Source: Mobula hypostoma (lineage: Eukaryota). From it: DNA of 64,000 nt. Of this stretch, positions 39,046 through 51,010 are shown piece after piece. Both the position numbers and the translations under genes were made by a program. Position 1 is the stretch's first letter. Every line of letters starts with the position of its first letter. The notes under the pieces are model-generated. The model was not told where the DNA came from. It searched no databases and saw only the letters and a list, made by a program, of their open reading frames with translations. The stretch lies in assembly GCF_963921235.1 (NCBI RefSeq), contig NC_086097.1, positions 88,724,001-88,788,000 of the forward strand, given 5' to 3'.

Positions 39046-40414
39046 GGCGAAACTTCCCTCCCCTGTTTCAACCATCCTTTATGCAACATTGATTCTTGCA
39101 AGTTGCAAGGTTGTATCACTAGTGAGTGTGCCCTCATTCGGGCTGTCTCCCGGGGCTGTGGCTGTGTATTTCTGATGTAAGAGTTTTCTAGAGTGCTTGC
39201 TGAAACCATGAGAACCTAACCTCGAATTTTAATAGAGATTGCAAAAAAAAACCGTAATCACTGTGGCCAGTGGGGTTAGTATAGTTACATGATTTGAACG
39301 TTACCAAACTGCAACCAGAGAATTTTTTATTCCAGAGCGCACTGTGCTTTTTGAAAGTGTTGAGTAATAAAAAGGGGGATTCTGTTATTTAATTGTTATC
39401 TACATAAAGTGACTTCCATTGCCTAAAGATTATTATTGTCAAGCTCCCCCAGAGAATTAGAGACAAGATACTTACGGGGATAGTGCAATGATGTTCTGAA
39501 AAAAAATTGTTTTCATTCTGGGAACAACTTACTTACATCAGGAAGCATGATTTGCCTTGATTTCTATACCCACCATTTATGTGAATTTCCCCAATATGTC
39601 AAGTTCCATTCAAGAACTAGGGGTGTAGCACTGGGGGACAATGGGTTGGGATGGTGGGATGATCTCCAGTGGAGGCGATGTCAGTGACAGGCTTGATGTT
39701 CAATATTCAAAGTTCCAAGTACATTTATTATCAATGTATGTATACTTTATACAACCTTGAGAATCATCTCCTTACAGGCAGCCACAACACAAAGAAACCC
39801 AATGGAACAGATTTTTTTTTTTAAAAGGAGTCTAACAAACACCCAATGTGCAGGGAAGAAAATTCATACAATCAATAAAAATAACATCCAGAACATTCAA
39901 GCAACACACATATAATTGCTGGTCCAGAACATTCAGATTACTATAGGCAGAGGGCAGCCTAACATCAGAGTTGAACTCTCAGTTAAGCCAGATCATATTG
40001 CCTCTACAGGCCCAAATTCTGAAACAAATATTTTGAGTTTATCCCAGATAGTTTCCCTTTCTAGCAAGTGAAGAAAAGTTTATAAAATGTCTGTATTCAG
40101 CACAAATGTGACTAAATCAATTTAGTTACTTAAGATGATTCAGGACTGTTGCTTGTTTTCTCCTATGTATTTACTTAACTGTCTTTCTGTCCAAATTGTG
40201 ACAAAATTTTTAAGCCATGTAACACTACAACAGTATCTGAGTACCATATGTCTTTTTGTACAAACTGATGTTTAGTACACAGAGCTCTCATTCTGTAAGG
40301 CGCAGTCCACTGCATACTGTCCCTCCTCTGTAAAACACTGTTCACTGTGCACTGCAATCCCCCTCTAAGTAAACACCACCCTGTCTATTCTAACATGAAG
40401 TACCTATGTTTTTT

Positions 40415-41045
40415 CGGCACAAGAGGAAGCCGTGGACTGACATGTCAGAATGCGAATGGGAATTAAACTGTTTGACCACCGGGAAGTTCCACTTCTGGCA
40501 GATGGAGTGGAGGTGCTCAATGAAGCAATGGCCAGATTCGCGATGGGTCTCACCACCAATATAGAGGAGGCAGTATTGGGAATACCAGATGTAGTAGACA
40601 GCAAGGCAGCAAGGATGGAGGAGCAGCACCTTATATTCCATCTGGATAGCCTCCAACTTAATGACAGGAATATCGATTTCTTCCATTAAAAGAAATTTTC
40701 CCTCACCCTCCCCTCTTCCATTCCAAACTCTGGCCTCTTACCTCTTCTCACTTACCTATCAACACCCTTCCATGGGTCCCCTCCTCTTTCCCTTTCTCCT
40801 ATGGTCCACTCTCCTCTCCTATCAGATTCCTTCCTCTCCAGCCCTTTATCTTTCCTACCCTCCTGGCTTCACCTTTCTAGCTATCCTCCTTCCCCTGCCC
40901 CCACCATTTTATTTTGGCATCTCCCTCCCCTTCCTTCCCAGTCCTGAAGAAGGATCTCGGCCTGAAATGTCGACTGTTTATTCATTTCCAAAGCTGCTAA
41001 CTGACCTGCATTTTCTGCGTGTTGCTTTGGATCTCCAGCATCACA
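40415..41045 (+). mobile_element. Penelope-like 3' terminus with an inverted GIY-YIG segment
   Basis: Minus strand 40415-40610 encodes ...YYIWYSQYCLLYIGGETHRESG...FIEH. Plus strand from ~40610 encodes RMEEQHLIFHLDSLQL, then the tail and hammerhead motif. Confidence 0.82.
40939..40976 (+). ncRNA. Minimal hammerhead-like motif
   Basis: cagtc-CTGAAGA-AGGATCTCGGCCT-GAAA-tg-TC-gactg; stem I is perfect. Confidence 0.65.
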
Positions 41046-41054
41046 GTCTTTCTC

Positions 41055-41830
41055 ATGTTTATGTCATAACCTTAGTTTTTGCTTGGAGCTTTCTGAGTTT
41101 GGATAGTTTCCCATCAATGCAGGATCTGATGTCAATGCCTATGCCGCCATCTCTGAGGGCATCAGTCAACATGACAGAAAATACCAGACTGAATAGCACC
41201 AAGAACACAGCCTGGCTTCAAATAGGGATAGACCCAGATATCTCACCATTGTCCAGAACTCTAGCCATCATGGAATTGCTGCCCAATGTAATGAACTTCC
41301 TCGGGCATCCATACTTCACCATGATCTTCCACAGAATGTCTCCGCTAACAGTGTCAAAGGCCTTAGTCAGATTGACATAGCAGAACAGGTCAGCATTTGC
41401 TCCCGCCATTTCTCCTGCAGCTGCCTTGCAGCAAACATCATGTCAAGTGTCTGTCAATGAATCACTGGATATTCCACCGACCGTAGCTGAGACCCATAAA
41501 GTCAGCTCTTAGCAGCAAATCGCCTGGATCAGACATAATACCAGCTGAGGCCTACAAGGAAGGCAGTGCAATGCCAACAGAAAAGCTCCATTAGCTCTTC
41601 TAACACATGTGGCAGCAAGCGATGTTTCTACAGGAATTTAAAGACGTATCCATCATTCACCTGCATGAGTGAAGGGAAAGCTATAGTCCTGCGACAACTA
41701 TCAGGAAGTATCCTTGCTGTCTATCACAGGCAAGACCTTTGCCAGGCTTCTTCTCAATTGTCTCAGATGACACCTTGACTGGGGACTTCTACCAGAGAGC
41801 CAGTGTGGATTTGGGAAGAAGCGTGGGACT
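41055..41830. mobile_element. Old RTE-clade LINE fragment with internal inversion
   Basis: Plus strand ~41452-41830 encodes VNESLDIPPT...PGSDIIPAE...QEFKD...LPESQCGF...RGT. Minus strand 41450-41055 encodes TLDMMFAARQLQEK...LTKAFDTVS...LQAKTKV. Confidence 0.82.
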
Positions 41831-42090
41831 TCCTCTCTCAGTAAAATAAAATCACTCTAACATCTGCAGATTTTTCTTGTTTGTCTCAGTTTGCATCACA
41901 CAGCTCTTCCAAGGTAAATACTGTTCAGCATACATGCCATCCTTCTATATCACAACCTTCAAACGATGAACACTGATTACAAATTGTCATGATTCCAATT
42001 ATTTCTACTGCCTCTCCACAGCTTCTGTCTGATCAATCTGCTATGAAAATATTTCACTGGGTGTGCATATTGCATTTCTCCCTAGTCCAT

Positions 42091-44188
42091 TTTGAGTGCA
42101 ATATCAACTTTGCAGAGGCAGCTCAGAGCTATGAAAGACCAGTGGTGGGCCAACAAGGCCAAGGAGTTACAAGCCTTCGCTGACTGTGATGACTCAAGAA
42201 GCTTCTATGAAGCAATCAAGGTTGTGTATGGTCCATCAAAACAAGGCACCTCACAACTCCTGAGCAAGGACAGTACACCCATTTTCACTGAGAAGTCAGA
42301 GCGCATGAAAAGATGGCAAGAACACTTCTACAAGCTGCTGAACAGACCAGGAACCATCACCGATGAAGCACTGGGCAGAGTACACCCTCGACCCATACTG
42401 TTCGAGATAGATGCTCCCCCTACTCTTCATGAGATCATCAAAGCTATCAGACAGCTAAAACCCAACAAAGCACCAGGACCTGACCGGGTCGCAACCGAGA
42501 CCTACCAGTATGGTGGTCACACACTGACATCATGCCTGCACCAGCTGTTCACAAAGTTGTGGGGAGCTGCAGAACTACCACAAGACTTCAAAGACACATC
42601 AATCGTGACCATCTACAAGAACAAGGGAGAAAAGAGAAACTGCAACAATTACCATGGCATCTCTCTTCTGTCAGTTGCGGGAAAATGCCTCGCGAAGATC
42701 ATCCTTAGACGCTTGTTGTCCAATATCAGTGACAACATTCTTATAGAAAGCCAGTGTGGTTTTTGAACAGGTCGTAGTACAGTGGACATGATCTTTTCAC
42801 TGAGGCAGCTCCAAGAGAAATGTGTTGAACAGCAGAGAAGATTCTATGTCATATTTGTTGATCTAACTAAAGTGTTTGACACTGTTGGTAGTGATGGCCT
42901 GTGGAAGCTCCTACCAAAATTCGGTTGCCCCCCCCCCAAGCCTAACCAACATCATCTGTCAGTTCCACGAAGGCATGGAAAACCACATCAACATGTGTGG
43001 TGAGTGGTCAGACCCATTTTCCATCAGCAATGGCGTAAAACAGGGTTGTGTTCTGGCTTCTACTCTGTTTGGACTATTCTTCATTGCTGTTCTTCAGGAT
43101 GCCACATCAGACCTGAAGTCAGGGGTCTTCCCACAAATGAGAGCTGATGGCGGGCTCCTCAACCTCGCAAGACTGAGAGCAAAAACAGAAGTCAGGGACA
43201 TCGTGGTGCATGAGCTGCAGTTTGCTGATGACTGTGCACTGGTTGCCCACTCTCTCGAAGACTTACAGGCGATCACCAGTCGCTTTGCCAGTACAGCCAA
43301 AAGCTTCGGACTGACAATCAGCCTGAACAAGACGGAAGTTTTGTACCAACCGGCTCCTGGCTCAAGCTACGAAGAACCAACTGTCCTCATTGATGACACT
43401 CGTCTCAATGCTGTCAACAAGTTTTGCTACCTGGGCAGCACAATAACATCCTCAGCTTCTCTGGATGTAGAGACTGAGTCAAAAACCAGAAAAGCCTGCT
43501 TTGCCTCTGGTCAGCTGAAAGATCGAGTTTGGTCACAGAACGTCAGGTTGGCCACCAAGTGCAAGGTATACAGGGCCGTTGTCATATCAGCCTTGCTATA
43601 CAAATGTGAGACGTGGTGCTCATATCAGAGTCACTTACGCCAGCTTGAGCATCACCTACGTTCTCTGATGAAGATCACCTGATGAGACAAGGTCTCCAAT
43701 ACTGAGGTCCTCTCTCGAGCCGGAATGCCAGCAGTTTCAACCTTGGTGATGTCAGCCCAACTGCGCTGGGTAGGACATGTTGTCAGAATGCCTGACGGAA
43801 GACTGCCCAAGGACATCTTGTACAGCCAACTGTCCAGTGGTACCCAAAAACGAGGAGGCCAGCGACTACGGTACAAGGATGTTCTGTACAGGAGCCTCAA
43901 GAAAGCTGACATTGCCCCATCAACATGGGAGGATCTGGCTCAAGATCGCTCACGGTGGAGGGACGCCATCAGAAAAGGTGTGGACGCTGCTGAGAACAAG
44001 CTCAACGAGGCAACAGAGGAAAGGCACAGGAAGTGCCACAACAGAGCTTCTGCCCCTGCTGCCCGTCCAGGCCTCACCTGCCCAGTATGTGGCAAGCAGT
44101 CCTGTACAGCCACTCCAGGACACACATACCAAACCCCACTAACTGACTGAAAGGAACCATCATCATCCTATGGGATGGATAGCCAGAG
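42091..44188 (+). mobile_element. RTE-clade LINE, 5'-truncated, few disablements
   Basis: ORF pieces 42092-42766, 42782-43003, 42876-43682 and 43725-44150 (KAPGPD, ESQCGF, FVDLTKVFDTV, GVKQGCVLA, FADDCAL, QLRWVGHVVRM). Candidate TSD AGTCCAT at 42084-42090 and 44189-44195. Confidence 0.93.
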
Positions 44189-44196
44189 AGTCCATA

Positions 44197-44222
44197 TGTG
44201 TGTGTGTGTGTGTGTGTGTGTG
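44197..44222. repeat. (TG)n microsatellite
   Basis: About 13 TG units just 3' of the RTE. Confidence 0.95.
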
Positions 44223-44425
44223 ATTGATCCTGTGTTGTTTGTTCTTTAGCCATCTATGACTCACGCCACATTTGATGGTAACCATGGTATTGACATCATC
44301 CGGTGTAGTGATTTCGACTTAGCAAAGGAATGTGTTCTCTTTCTGACTACTCTAGTGTGCTCTCCTGGAACAATGGTTCTCTGAACAAAGCAGGTCAGCA
44401 ATGGTCCCCATACCCCCGGCAGTTC

Positions 44426-46117
44426 ATAGAAACATAGAAACATAGAAAATAGGTGCAGGAGTAGGCCATTCGGCCCTTCGAGCCTGCACCGCCATTTATT
44501 ATGATCATGGCTGATCATCCAACTCAGAACCCAGCCTTCCCTCCATACCCCCTGACCCCTGTAGCCACAAGGGCCATATCTAACTTCCTTTTAAACATAG
44601 CTAATGAACTGGCCTCAACAGTTTGCTGTGGCAGAGAATTCCACAGATTCACCACTCTCTGTGTGAAGAAGTTTTTCCTAACCTCGGTCCTAAAAGGCTT
44701 CCCCTCTATCCTCAAACTGTGACCCCTCGTTCTAGCCCTCCCCAACATCGGGAACAATCTTCCTGCATCTAGCCTGTCCAATCCCTTTAGGATCTTATAC
44801 GTTTCAATCAGATCCCCCCTCAATCTTCTAAATTCCAACGAGTACAAGCCCAGTTCATCCAGTCTTTCTTCATATGAAAGACCTGCCATCCCAGGAATCA
44901 ATCTGGTGAACCTTCTTTGTACTCCCTCTATGGCAAAGATGTCTTTCCTCAGATTAGGGGACCAAAACTGCACACAATACTCCAGGTGTGGTCTCACCAA
45001 GGCCTTGTACAACTGCAGTAGTACCTCCCTGCTCCTGTACTCGAATCCTCTCGCTATAAATGCCAGCATACCGTTCGCCTTTTTCACCCCCTGCTGTACC
45101 TGCATGCCCACTTTCAATGACTGGTGTATAATGACACCCAGGTCTCGTTGCACCTCCCCTTTTCCTAATCGGCCACCATTCAGATAATAATCTGTTTTCC
45201 TATTTTTGCCACCAAAGTGGATAACTTCAAATTTATCCACATTAAATTGCATCTGCCATGAGTTTGCCCACTCACCCAACCTATCCAAGTCACCCTGCAT
45301 CCTCTTAGCATCCTCCTCACTGCTAACACTGCCACCCAGCTTCGTGTCATCCGCAAACTTGGAGATGCTGCATTTAATTCCCTCATCCAAGTCATTAATA
45401 TATATTGTAAACAACTGGGGTCCCAGCACTGAGCCTTGCGGTACCCCACTAGTCACCGCCTGCCATTCTGAAAAGGTCCCGTTTATTCCCACTCTTTGCT
45501 TCCTGTCTGCTAACCAATTCTCCACCCACACCAATACCTTACCCCCAATACCGTGTGCTTTAAGTTTGCACACTAATCTCCTATGTGGGACCTTGTCAAA
45601 AGCCTTTTGAAAATCCAAATATACCACATCCACTGGTTCTCCCCTATCCACTCTACTAGTTACATCCTCAAAAAATTCTATGAGATTCGTCAGACATGAT
45701 TTTCCTTTCACAAATCCATGCTGACTTTGTCCGATCATTTCACCGCTTTCCAAATGTGCTGTTATCACATCCTTGATAACTGACTCCAGCAGTTTCCCCA
45801 CCACCGACGTTAGGCTAACCGGCCTATAATTCCCCGGTTTCTCTCTCCCTCCTTTTTTAAAAAGTGGGGTTACATTAGCCACCCTCCAATCCTCAGGAAC
45901 TAGTCCAGAATCTAACGAGTTTTGAAAAATTATCACTAATGCATCCACTATTTCTTGGGCCACTTCCTTAAGCACTCTGGGATGCAGACCATCTGGCCCT
46001 GGGGATTTATCTGCCTTCAATCCCTTCAATTTACCTAACACCACTTCCCTACTAACATGTATTTCGCTCAGTTCCTCCATCTCACTGGACCCTCTGTCCC
46101 TTACTATTTCTGGAAAT
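44426..46117 (-). mobile_element. Young 5'-truncated CR1 LINE with an uninterrupted RT ORF (same family as 35162-36576)
   Basis: Open frame from ~46115 to the stop at 44524. (CATAGAAA)n tail at 44425-44448. Candidate TSD AGTTC at 44421-44425 and 46118-46122. Confidence 0.96.
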
Positions 46118-46444
46118 AGTTCCCTTCTTTCCACAGCACTGAACACAGACCAGAGAACTGTACAGCACAGCAACAAACATTTTGGCCCACAATGTATGCC
46201 CCAAGCACGATGCTAAATTAAACTGAATCTTTTCTGCCTGCACATGATTCCTTTCCCTCTACTCCCTGCAAATGTTTGTATCTGTCTAAAAGCCCTTCCA
46301 CTCTGCTATTGTAGCTGCTTTCACTCTTCACCTTATGTACAACTACTCTGAAGTGTTCACTTCCAATACTCGGTAAAGTTGATAAGCTAACTGCACAGAA
46401 CCATATGTATATAAACAGCAACAAAGTCTCTTTGGGCTTGTCCT

Positions 46445-47580
46445 TTCAAAGGTCAAAGTAACTTTTATTATCAAAGTACATTTATGTCACCATATCCAAC
46501 CCTGAGATTCATTTTCTTGTGGGCATACTCAGCAAATCTATAGAACAGTAACTGTAAAAGGATCAATGAAACATCAACCAGAGTGCAGAGGACAGCAAGC
46601 TGTGCAAGTGTAAATATAAATAAATAGTGATAAATAAAGAGAACGGGGATAATGAGATAAAGAGTCCTTGAAAGTCAGATCATTGGTTGTGGGAACAGTT
46701 CAATAATGGGGCAAGTGAAGTTGAGTGTAGTTATCCCCTTTTGTTCACAGGCCTGATTGTTGAGGGGTAGCAGCTGTTCTTGAAACTGGTGGGACGAGTC
46801 CTGAGGAACTTGCACCTTCTACCTGATGGCAGCAGTGAGAAGCAAGCAAGTCCTGGGTGTTGGGGGTCCTTGATGATGGAAGCTGCTTTCCTACAACAGC
46901 ATTTCACGTAGATGTGCTCGATGATCGGGAGGGCTTTACCCATGACGTACTGGGCCAAACCCACCACTTTTTGTAGGATTTCCCATTCAGAGGCATTGGT
47001 GTTCCCATACCAGGCTGTGATGTAGCCAGTCAATATAATTTCCACTACACATCTATAGAAGTTTATCAAAGTTTTAGATGTTATGCAAAATCTCCGCAAA
47101 CTCCTAAGGAAGTACAGACGCTGCTGTGCTTTCTTCACAACTGCATTTGCATGCTGGGCCCAGGACAGGTCCACTGAAATAGTACAGCCAGGAATTTAAT
47201 GCTGCTGACCCTCTTCACCTTTGATCCTCCGATGAGGACTGGCTCATGGTCCTCTGGTTTCCCTCTCCTGTAGTCTATGATCAGTTCCATGATCTTGCTG
47301 ACATTGAGTGAAAAGTTGTTGCTATGACACCACTCAGCCAGATTTTCAACCTCCCTCCCGTATGCTGATTCATCACCACCTTTGATTCAGCCCCTGACAG
47401 TGGTGACACCAACAAACTTGAATATGGCATTGGAGCTGTTCTTAACCACACAGTCATAGGTTTAAAGCGAGTAGAGCAGGGGGCTGAACACACAGCCTTG
47501 TGGTACAACTTTGCAGATGGAGATCATGAAGGAAATGTTGTTACCAATCTGAACTGACTGAGGTAAACAAATGAGGAACC
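46445..47580 (-). mobile_element. Rex1/Babar LINE 3' fragment
   Basis: ORF 46731-47174 (KKAQQRLYFLRSLRRF...TAWYGN...LLPSGRR), upstream VPQG-like motif, and a 3' UTR with AATAAA. Confidence 0.88.
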
Positions 47581-48325
47581 AGCCAGAGTCATTACACAAT
47601 GTCAAACTCCATTAGAAGCAAAAAGTAAGCTTTGCCTAGAAAATGTATATGCCTTTTTTTTGGTGTACTGAGCTGTAAATCTCACCAAATCATTAGCACT
47701 CATTTAATTTCCCTATGAAAATGTAATGAAATTCACAAAAAAGAAATTAAGACGGGGTAGTGGTGCTTTACACAAAGGACATGTGGTAGAACAGAACTTG
47801 TGCAACTCCTGTAAAACACTTAGGTGAACAGCATTTCTGACAAACTGTGGTAAACCAGTCCGTAAAGTGTGTGGCCTTTAACAAAGCCTTACCCGTAGCA
47901 GTCACACAAACCAGAGAAGACAGAAAATTCCATAGTTTTCTGGGAGACTCTGAACATTCTCAACAGCAAAGTAATCTAAGGGAAGAGATGGGACAAAAGG
48001 ACCAAAAGACTGGCTAGACCCCATCAGCAGCTGTCTTCAGGATGAGATATAGGCATGGGGAAACTTTTATTTAGGAGAAAAAGTCCAGGTTGTTGAGACC
48101 AGCTCTAATGAGAACATGTATGCAGCCAATGCCTGCTCACATGTGTAGGAAGGAGCCCTGTTGGCAAATCCTGGCATCTGAGATGCTCTCTCTTCCATAC
48201 AGGCTGCTGGAGGAATTTAACTGGTCAGGCAGTATTTGTGGAGGGAAATGGGCAACCAACTTTTGGAAACATCAACTGTCCATTCCCTTCCACAGATGCT
48301 GCCTGGCTGCTGAGTTCCTTTAAGG

Positions 48326-48406
48326 CAGGGGTTCCCAGCCATTCTTATGTCATGGACCAATACCATTAAGCAAGGGGTTCATCGACCCCCAGGATGGGAA
48401 CCCCTG
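48326..48406. mobile_element. 81-bp hAT(Charlie)-type MITE
   Basis: TIRs CAGGGGTTCCCA...TGGGAACCCCTG (12-bp perfect), inserted in a PLE-type tail. The 8-bp TSD is not cleanly recoverable. Confidence 0.75.
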
Positions 48407-49714
48407 CTCCAGAAATTTGCTTTTTCTCCAGATTGCAGCATCTGCAGTCTATTGTATCTGCCACATGTTTCTCACAGAAATCTGAGTAAATGTGATCATC
48501 TTGCTACAAACACAATGTATGGGTGACTTCTTTGATGCAGTGGTGAGCAGCAAATGGGGAGGCATGGTGGACAATTGTGTGATCACTTGTACTGACCCAT
48601 GGAGAGAGTAGATGCAGCTAGGCATTGCCACATCAACACCACGGTACAAGTTGTATAGGTATTTCAATAGCTGTACAGGGGACAACATAGACCCTATAGT
48701 GGATTTTGGAAAAGTGTTTCTGCTGTGCATGTCAAAGGTACCCAGTTAAGTCACCCAATGTTAGTGAGTTCTTTTAAATAGTGGAAGCACCATCAAGTAG
48801 TCCAATGTGCTATTTTTGATGCCATGATCGTTTTCAAAAGTTACAGACTGTGCTCTGAAGAACTAATCAATGCTGGTAGGCAGTCAATCAATAGTGACAT
48901 CGTTAGGTGCACAACTGATGCCAGAATATCAAATGTGCTAACACAAGTTCCATATCGAAGTGCTGAACCCAGTTTTACACTAGGTGCTCTTTCACCTAGA
49001 AATTGTCATGAGTGCGCTGTAATCCAGTTTAATCTTTCATGTACAATTTACACATAAAGCTCTAATCATTCCAGATTTTTAAATGTTCTCCTCATCTCTG
49101 TCTGCATTGGTTGTGGCTCTGAGCATGAAAGTTCATTGCAGCATCCTTTTGCAATCAGTCGTGAGCCATTTTCACTTGTTGAGTAGAGACTTGGTACTTG
49201 TTAAGGCAATGAATCTTACCTACAAATTGCGCAACTTTGCATTGGCTAAAAAGATTCAAAGATTCAAAGAGGTGGGAATATAAGTCAGCAACAGCAATAA
49301 ACATTCCCCGACAGAGACACCCTAACAAATCTTTTAATCATCTTAATTCCCTCCTTTAATTCACCATTCCTTTTTCTATATCAAGGGGCAAGTCTAGTCA
49401 ATGCAATCAGACCTTGCAACATAATCAAACATTGTGATTTAATTCCTTACAGCTTAGTGAATCTTGAAATAAATGCATTGCTCTGTTGAATCTACTATGA
49501 GGCAGCTGCTGAAAACTGAACACAATGTAGCACCACAAAAATATACTGTCCATTTGGTCCACCTCTTTCATGTTTAGTGAAACTTTAGTCTAAACCCAAA
49601 GAAACCCATGAAGGTTATGTCTCTTCAAGTGTTCATGCAAGTAATTTTTTTAAGAATGATGAGATGGAATTCCTCCAACATCCTTTCCAGTCAGAACAAA
49701 CTCACCTTAAGACC

Positions 49715-51010
49715 TAAGATCGTAAGACAACGGAGAAGAATTAGGCCATTCTGGCCATCGAGTCTGTTCCACCATTTCATCATGGCTGATCCAATTCCCT
49801 CGCAATCTCATTCTCCTGCCCTCTCCCCGTAACCTTTCACACCCTGACTAATCAAAGAGCTATCAACCTCTGCCCCAAGTACTCCCAATGACCTTGCTTC
49901 CCCGGCTGCCTGTGGCAACAAACTCCACAGATTCACCACCCTCTGGCTACAGTGATTCTTCCTCATTTCCATTCTAAATGAATGGCCCTCTATTCTGAGG
50001 CTATGCCCTCTGGTCCTAGATCCCTTCACTATAGAAACATCTTCTCTACATCCATTCCATCTACTCCTTTCAACATTCAATAGGTTTCAGTGAGATCCTC
50101 GTTCATTCTTCTAAATCCAGTGAGTACAGCCTCAGGGCCATCAAACACTCCTCATATGTTAACTCTTTCATTTCCGGAATAATTCTCATAAACCTCCTCT
50201 GAACTCTTTCCAATGTCAGCACATCCTTTCTTAGATGAGGAGTTCAAAACTGGTCAGATTATTTCAAGGGACGCATCACCAGCACCAGCACCACATCCAT
50301 GTTTTTATATTCTAGTCCTCTCAAAATGAATGCTAACATAGCATTTGCCTTCCTCAACGCCAACCCAACCTGCAAGTTAATCTTTCGCAGATCCTGCAAT
50401 AGGACTCCCAAGTCCCTTTGCACCTCATATTTTTGAAATGTTTCCATATTTAGAGAATAGTCTATGCTATTGTTCCTTCTCCCAAAGAGAATGACCATGC
50501 ACTTCCCAACACTCTATTCCATCTGCCACTTCTTTGCCATTATCCTAATCTGTCAAAGTCCCTCCGCAGCCTCCCTGCTTCATCAGCACTACCTACACCT
50601 CCACCTAGCTTCTTGTCGTATGCAAACTTGGCCACAAAGCCATCAATTCTATCACCCAAATAATTGACGTACAACTTCAAAAGAAGTGGTCCCAACACTG
50701 ATCCCTGGGGAAACACCACTAGTTACAGGTAGGCAATCAGAAAAGGCTCACTTTATTGCCACCCTTTGCCTCCTGCTCATCAGCCAATGCTCTATGCATG
50801 TTAGTATCTTTCCTGTAATACCATGGGCTCCTAATCTTGCTAAACAGCCCCAGGTGCAGCACCTTGTCAAAGACCTTCAGAGAATCCAAGTATACAACAT
50901 CTACTGATTCTCCTTTGTCAATCCTGCATGTTATTTCCTCAAAGGATTCCAACAGGTCTGTCAAGCAAGATTTTCGCTTAAGGAAACCATGCTGGCTTAT
51001 CTCCTTAATC
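49715..51010 (-). mobile_element. Degenerate CR1 LINE
   Basis: ORFs 50737-51027 (SQHGFLKRKSCLT...VVYLDSLKVFDKV), 50259-50498 and 49808-50080. Confidence 0.88.

Noticed and set aside
40661..41380. 239-aa hydrophobic ORF
   Set aside because: Read-through of a pyrimidine-rich PLE tail into antisense RTE sequence.
44524..46176. 550-aa ORF as a domesticated host gene
   Set aside because: 5'-truncated CR1 lacking the endonuclease. The first ~20 codons are chance flanking sequence, and a near-identical copy lies nearby.
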